A DNA stretch of 64,000 nt, from NCBI GenBank assembly GCA_004764695.1, contig SMSO01000032.1, positions 2,914,001 through 2,978,000 of the forward strand. Reading direction: 5' to 3'. How positions within the stretch are numbered: position 1 is the stretch's first letter; every line of letters starts with the position of its first letter. A program made the position numbers and the translations under genes. The DNA is from Schizochytrium sp. TIO01 (taxonomy: Eukaryota; Protista; Bigyra: Labyrinthulomycetes). Shown here in pieces: positions 56,656-64,000 of the stretch. Below the pieces are notes generated by a model, which was given only the letters and a program-made list of their open reading frames with translations, was not told the DNA's origin and did not search any database.

Positions 56656-58915
56656 ATTTCCATCTTCATCTCCACAACCAACAAAGGCTCAGAATATACA
56701 CACGTACATACACAGATATATATGTATGAAGCGTGTTTTAGACCCTAATTTGCAGGAGCTCGTGAAAGAAGGAGGAGAAGGAGGAGAGGAGTTCTTGGCA
56801 AAAGAGAAATGGAAGCGGAGGAGGAGGAGGAGGCTGGCCGCCAGGGAGACCTTCGCCGTGGACGTGGCGAAGGAGCGATCGATTGACCGGTGGAGCGGTT
56901 CTTCAGCGGAGCATGGGCTCTTCTTCACGCATACGCCAGACGGGAGGGCCTCGAGGCGGCGGCGACAGAGCCCGCTTTCAGCTCCGGGCCCTGGGCAGAG
57001 CGAGGCCCGCCGGAATTATGGCGATGAACGGTGTGTGCGAACGACGCGGATCTTTGCGGGCGCAGCCTAAGAGCTGCGTGGATCAAGAACGAGGACTGAT
57101 CGCGGGCCTCATTCCGCGAGGAGTTCGAGCGAGCTCTCTCGCGAACGGCGATCGATCACCTGCGGTGCGGCGAATCTTCAAGGCGTGGAGCTCAAATTCG
57201 AGGCCAATGTGATTCCAAGGTTCAAATGCTGCGAGGCGCGCGGAGACGACGTGCCCGGAGACGCTCTAGCTTGCGAGCGAGCGAGCGAGCGAAGGCTGAG
57301 CAAGCGAAGGAAGGAAGGCCGAGCTCGCGATTTCCAGGGCGTGCCGGGGATTTCCCGCCACCGGCTAGGATTTGACGTCTTGAACGATCATCGATTTCAA
57401 AAGCGGGAAGCTGCTCGTAGACTGGCGGGCACGCACGTGCGATGGAAGGCTTCGGGCGGAGGCTTCAGCTTCAGTACCTCGCCAAGCTCCCTTCGAGATG
57501 CTCGCTGAAGTGGTCGGTGCGGTCGTAAATTGGGAGCGAGCATCGCAGCACCTTGAGCACCTTGAGCACCCCTACTACGCGCTGTCGTTGGTTGTTGGTT
57601 GATTGTTTCTTGCACGGCGACAGTTGACTGACTGCCTGCCTGCTCCATTGGTTCTCTCAGCGTCGGTCGTTGACGCCAACCGCCACCTCCGGGCAACCAC
57701 GGACTGCCTGTAGTTCACTGGCTGGCTGCCTGCCTGCCTGGCTGCTACGGAGCCTCAAAAGTCATCTTCTTCGTCGCCAAGTCCTCGTCGTAACATTTGT
57801 GCGTTAGAAATGCGCGGAGATCGAAGATTTCATTCAACCAAATAGGTGCTGCTCGGTACATGGAGGGCCTCGTTCCTGCGCAGCTAGCTTGCTTGCTTGC
57901 TAGCTAGGTGTCTCCGCACGGAGAATGGGTCTTTCTGCCTTGAAGTTGCAAGGGTTGCTATTGATCTTCTCCATCAAGCGAGCCCCGCCTCTCTCCACAC
58001 GAAGGTCTGGGAGCTAGTCCGTCGTTCGTAGAAGAAGGGCCGGTCTCCAATCTCTGCAGAGTTCTGCAAAAGCTAAGGTTCTTCCTGCTTCCTGTCGTGT
58101 GTCATGTTCTTCTCCGCAACACATTTTCAAGGAAGCTAGGAAGGAAGGAAAGAAGAAGGGAAAATAACATTTATTGTTTTTTTAGCAAGTTTTAGTTCGA
58201 AACACAAATGCTTCTGAAGGTAGTAGGCAGCTTTAGGAATTTGTTTTCGAGGTCACGATACCCAGGTATATAGATAGGTGTAGCTAGGTACCTTCAAGTC
58301 AGACATGTCCTCTTCTTCTTCTGCTTCTTTCCTTTTTCCCACTATCTTCAGCTCTTCTACTACAAACTGTTATGCAGGTGCCTCTGCGCAAAATGCGCTT
58401 GAGAGGTTTTTGCAGTCTCTACTCTTTTTATTATTTGTTTCGAAAATTAAAATAGTGTTGTTCAAATGAATTAATTACAAATATTCTCTTCATTTTTCTT
58501 CTTCTTTTTTCCTAATAAATTTAAAATAAATAAATAAACAACCAAACAAACAAATAAATGAAACCTTTTTATTTATTTAAGGGTGTTTCAACTATACCCA
58601 TAAACCACGTAGAAAAATACGAAAATACAAACCATCAGTGAGAATCTGAGCCGCGACGAGGAGCAAGCATCTCATAATCCCGTCGCTGGCTGACCTTACT
58701 TGAAGTAAGCACAGAGGTGCCCATACAGCGTTGGCAAACAAGGCATCCGACCTGTGCGAAGGCCACCGACGACGCGAGGACGGTCACGTTGACTTGACTT
58801 CCTCCGCGCAGATTATTCGGCTTCCCTGCGTAGTACCTGCTTGCTTCAGACTGGCCAGCTCAAAGAAAGTCCTGACAGCGATTCAATAACATTACTTTAA
58901 TCAATGAAGTGCGAC

Positions 58916-58955
58916 TGAGTGAGTGAGTGAGTGAGTGAGTGAGTGAGTGAGTGAG
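58916..58955. repeat. (TGAG)n microsatellite
   Basis: Perfect run. Confidence 0.9.
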
Positions 58956-61900
58956 CGATATGACAACTTCCTCAAAGCGAAGAGCAGCAGAGAACGATGC
59001 CTTTCAGAGGTGCGCGCACTTGCTACGGCCACTGCTAGCATTCGCTACTGCTAACTAACTAACTGTCTGTCTGTCTGTCTGTGAAGAGCTCTTTCTGCCC
59101 TTACTATTAATCACTTATCATTATTATTAAATATTTTGTTTATTTGTTTGTTTTGTTTTGAGACAGTTATAAGAGCCAGGATTTACAGAGATAAATAATA
59201 ATACATAAAACTTGGAAATGAGAAGAAAGCATTGATTGATGCCCAAACTCTTCGAAGGAGCTCTGTGCGAAAGAGAGAGAGAGCAGCGGTTGAGAGACAC
59301 CGACTGTCTGAGGCGCGCAGGCAGGCAGCAAGCAAGTTCGTAGCAGCTGCCACGCCCTAAGAGAAAGGAAAAGGAGTGGGAAAGCCTGCCTGCAAAGAAA
59401 GTTGGGAAACAAAGAGCAAGCAAGCAAGCAAGCAACTTGAGCAACCACTTTTAGAGTTCCTCTTTCCAATTCTGGGTTTCGCAAAAGCTGCGCAACTCGA
59501 AACTGCGAAGGCAAACTGAGTGAGAGAGAGAGAGAGAAAGAGAGAGACCTGAACGATTTGAATCACAGAGAGGCCGTTGCCTCGCTTCGCTTTGAGTGGA
59601 GTTGAGTTGCGTTGAGTTGTTGTCGCCTGCGATGGCGAGGCTCGCGTCGCAGAGGAGTCGCTGCATGCAGTGCAATCTGTTCCGCATTCTCCAGGGCCGA
59701 GAGAGGCATTGATTGAAGCTGTTTTGATTGATCGATTGATTGATTGATTGATTTTGTTTTGTCGTGAATTGATCTGATCAGCTCTGCCTCGACCTGAGCC
59801 CCGAAGACGAGGACAACAAGGACAACAAGGACACGAACAAGAACAGGCGGTCGCGGGCACCCGGAGCCGGGATCCCTCCCTCTCGCTCGCTCGCGCTCGC
59901 AGACTCAAGACTGGCTGAACAGCGCGAGCGCCAAACTCAGTACTTCAGGGTTGCGCAGCGGATCGAAGTTGAACTTGATTGAGTGCTTTCTCCGCCTCTT
60001 CTTGGGCGCCTACCAGTGGCTAGGCGTCGGCTAGGAGGGGCCTCGCTCAGTCAAAACCTGTAGTGAGGCTTTCCAGTGCCGTTCCGTTCTGTAGCGCCGT
60101 TCCCTCGTACCTACCTACATAGGGGCTCAGTAGGGATGGATAGCCGGCGCGGGAACGGCGACGCCTCGAAGGGAAAAATAAATAAATAGAGTATGGATGG
60201 TATGAAGGGATGATGGAGAATGGGGCTGTGCTTACTTACAGCGGTTCTTTGATGCGGTGCAGGCTCTCGCTTCGTGGAAGAGGATATGCGTGTACAGACA
60301 CGTACATACATCGATGGATGGATCGATCGATCGAGAAGACTGATTTCGAGAGGTTCTGTGATGCTATGCAGGGCCGACCATTTTGCTGGTCTTTTTGGAT
60401 AAACTCTTCTTCCTCTGGTTTTCAGTGTATACGCAGGTATACAATTTTGTTTCATTTTGTTATTTATCTATTATTTTAAAGATATTTGAAGAAAAAAATG
60501 AAAATTTATTTTATTTATTTATTGTTTATTTTTGTTCTTTCTTCTGAAATGAAATGAAACATGTTTCCTTTTCCCTTTCGACCTTTGGAAGAAGTAATGA
60601 TGGCGATTTCGAATTAGATAACTCTTCGTTCTTGTCGCACTGCATTGCGATAAATTGCACTAAACTGCATTGAATTGTAATACACGGAGCTCAATCAGTT
60701 AGTCCAGTTCACAATCGAGTGGAAGTCGAGGTGCATCAAACGAAACTGCACTCCATGCACCGCGCCGAGCATCCAGCCGACAGGTTTCCTGCCACAACAG
60801 AGAAAGAAGCAAGCCCAGAATCCATGGCCGTTTCTTCGTCTTTTCGTTCCAGTCAATTTTTCCCTTTCTCTCTCTCTCTCTCTCTCTTTTCCTTTTTTAT
60901 TTTTTATTTTTAAAGTTTTTATTAACAACTAAAGTATAAAAGATGAAGGCTATTTACAAAAGCTCGCTCTGGGCAATTTGACAGCTGTATAAACCTGGCA
61001 GTGTTATTAAAACCCCAAAACTTAAGCACGCAGACTTGCTTGGTGGTCTATCATTATCTTTCGCCCCAATATTGCATCGTTCACTCGTTCTCCCACTCTG
61101 TCGTTCGCCATCGTCGCGAACAGCGAATCCCTCTGCGATAGGCAGGTACTTATTAGGTATGTATGAATGAATCTCTAGCTAGGTAGTTAGCTAGGTACCT
61201 CTGTGGCGCAGGTGAGACTGCTCTGGCTGCTAGCGACCAGCTAACCAATAGACTAGTAGTTACCAGATACCAGCACCGCAGAATCGTTTGGTATCATAGG
61301 ATCAAAGCTGACATCATCATGAAGAAGGCCGCGAGGGAGGGATATGCACGCGATGCGATGGCAGCGCAACGGAGGAGGCGTCCGAGGAAGTTGGCTCAGG
61401 CCTGGTCTTTTGCAGAGCTTGGAGACCGATTGACTGATCGATTGATTAGTATAACGTCGATTTAGACCAAGCAGGTTTCTGAGGTCTCCTCCAAATTATT
61501 AGCTTCGAAACGAAACAGAGCAACTCTTTCTTCACCAAATTGGTTCGTTGGTTTGGTTTGATTTGATTTGATTTGATTTGATCTGATCTGATTTGATACT
61601 TGACTGTTTGACTGTTTGACTGTTTGACTGTTTGACTGTTTGCACAAGTTGCCTTTTCCCCGTCTTGTTCGGAGATGGCCACTATCTTCTTCTGCGCGTC
61701 TTTCTCACAGGCAGAAATTAGTTTCATTCTCATTCGATGTGGCAGTAGGTAGGTAGGTACGTAGGTATTTCTAGCTAGTTGTGAGTGCGGGAGCCACAAC
61801 AAACGAGAGAAGCGCAGAACCAGAACAGCCGAAGCAAGATGCTTCAGAAGCGATTGGTTGATTGGTTGATGGATTGATTGATTGACTGATTGACTGATTG

Positions 61901-63429
61901 ATTGGACGAGACGCCTGACATTTGTTTACATGCAAAATAAGAAGGTTGCTCAATGTAGATTAAAGCCTTCATCGAGTCTGCTTTACTGCTATTTGCGCGA
62001 CTCTGCTGCAGGTAAGTAGGTAGGTATAGGTAGGTACGTACCTACCTTGTAAAGCGTTCTTCTTTGATTTATGTAGCATATTTTTGTATTTTACCTCTTA
62101 AAGAACTTGCGTTTCCCCCCCGCCGTCTCATTATAACGAAGGTATCTTGAAATGTATCCTCTTTTGTTTTCTTTGGCACTGGTGTGTGTGTTTGGGTTTT
62201 AATTAAAATTTTAATAATAACAAAATAATAATGTATGACAAGTTGAAAACCAACAAAAAGAAGACGAAGAAGAACCACAACGCATTTCGCCTTCAAACCT
62301 GCTCTTGCTACGAGCAGGTAAGTAGGTACTACCCAAATGGCGAGGAACGTCATCTTCGAGCAGTCAGAAATAATGAGCGAGAGTCTTTCAGCTTGGTTGA
62401 AAACTCAGGCCAAAACAATTACTTTGTTACGAAGATCCTCCTGATAAACCTCCAAAACTTTTGTCTCTCAGAAATCAGGCAAAAAGCGGTGTGAGGATCA
62501 TCATTACGCTCAACAGGATTCTGTATTTGCAATCATTCATTCATTCACTCACTCATTCATCCATTCATGGTGCTTCAAAGAACATACGAGGTACCTACCT
62601 ACTTTGCGTGACATACATGTAAACACACAGCAGTACATACACATACATACATACATACATACATACATACATGCAGATTAAGTACATACTCTCATTCGCA
62701 ATAGACTTGAACTATTCATTTTATAAAGCTCATTCATTCATTCATTCACCCGTCTGAACAAAGACTCTTGAGATTTCTTCCACCCTCTCCCATCAGCATG
62801 CATAATTCATGGTGTTTAGGCTTGTTGTAATGGCGATCGAGGGGAGCATGCAATGCTCGCGCATTTGATAGATGGATTGTAAGAAGCTTCAAGAACCGTC
62901 GAAGAGGAGCGCAGCCTAACTTGAGAACCGTAGCTGACTTACATTCCATCTCTTTTTCTAATTTATTAATTTGTTTTTAAGTTTATTATATATATATAAT
63001 ATTACAAGAAGGCAAACTTCTGCTTTCTTTTTACCATTCGTGTTTTTTCTTCCTGCAAATCATAAAACAAATTGTGTTGCTCAGTTTTTCACAGACGCGG
63101 TCTTTCTCTTCTCCGCCTCCCGTTCCTTCCTCGACGAGGTTCTGCGCAGTGCGATGAGTGCTTGCATTGGCTTCGCCTTCGCCTTCGCCTGTTGGTGTCC
63201 CCTGCATTTGCAACAGCAGTCAGTGGATATCGAAATCCACCCAAGATCTTGCGGCAGCGGAGAGAAGTAGCACCAGCAGCAAACACCGACTCCCTCCTCA
63301 CAAGGTAGCAAGCAGTAGAATACAGGTTCCTCCTTCTTTTCTCTCGTCTTTTATAGTGAAAATTGGCGCTCTGGTAGAAAATTCTACTAATCAACTGTTT
63401 ATTATCATCTATTTTCATCAGCAAACAAG

Positions 63430-63621
63430 CAAACAAACAAACAAACAAACAAACAAACAAACAAACAAACAAACAAACAAACAAACAAACAAACAAACAA
63501 ACAAACAAACAAACAAACAAACAAACAAACAAACAAACAAACAAACAAACAAACAAACAAACAAACAAACAAACAAACAAACAAACAAACAAACAAACAA
63601 ACAAACAAACAAACAAACAAA
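63430..63621. repeat. (CAAA)n microsatellite, about 48 units
   Basis: Perfect tetranucleotide run, the source of the (CLFV)n and (KQTN)n ORFs. Confidence 0.95.
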
Positions 63622-64000
63622 AGTCACTCCTATTCATTTCGTTCCTTCCCTGTTGCTAATTTCCCATTCATTGACCTTACTCCGCCCATGGTGCCTCACA
63701 TCTGTAGGCCACACCTCGTAGCCAACAAGCTAGCAACCCGAAGGCAGGCAGGCAGGCAGGTCTCCCGTTCTCTCTCCTGCAGAGAACAGTGCGCGGGAGA
63801 AGAACAAGAACAAGAACAAGAACAAGAACAGCCTCGAAGCAAGCTGCCGCGAGCGAGGCCTCATGCACGCATGGCCAACTAAACAACGGAGTCAACGCCG
63901 TGCAGTACCTCCTGCCTGTCCATCGTGCCTGCCGAGCGGTGCCGCGGAGGTATCTTCGCGACGGTGGAGGCGGTCCCGAAGGCCGAGACGATCGAAAGAA

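Noticed and set aside
63089-63721. ORFs with (CLFV)n or (KQTN)n
   Set aside because: Translations of the (CAAA)n microsatellite.

Overview
This is eukaryotic nuclear DNA. It has GT-AG introns, histone H1, kinesin-13 and DCAF7, and no operons, rRNA, tRNA or CRISPR arrays. Intron-poor genes with microsatellite-rich spacers suggest a protist, possibly a thraustochytrid-like stramenopile, which is an inference only. Positions 1-47 kb carry 12 recognisable genes: an AKR7-like aldo-keto reductase, an EF-hand/C2 protein, CEBPZ/Mak21 (with an apparent 1-nt frameshift), a catalytic-domain-only MTHFR (1 intron), a 4-exon Chlamydia-type tRNA-guanine transglycosylase, a P5A ATPase, kinesin-13, a WSCD-like sulfotransferase, DCAF7, histone H1, a VWA8-like protein lacking AAA modules, and a tandem ZnF-UBP protein. 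Positions 47-64 kb are a gene desert of about 17 kb. Three leads stand out. (1) The MTHFR intron folds into a multi-branch structure that encloses a cryptic 29-nt frameshifting exon and masks its 5' splice site, in an enzyme that has lost its SAM-regulatory domain; this is a candidate metabolite-responsive splicing switch. (2) An orphan element of about 430 nt at 56.1-56.5 kb is extensively base-paired. (3) The TGT looks chlamydial but contains introns. All RNA structures were read by eye and need computational and experimental confirmation.
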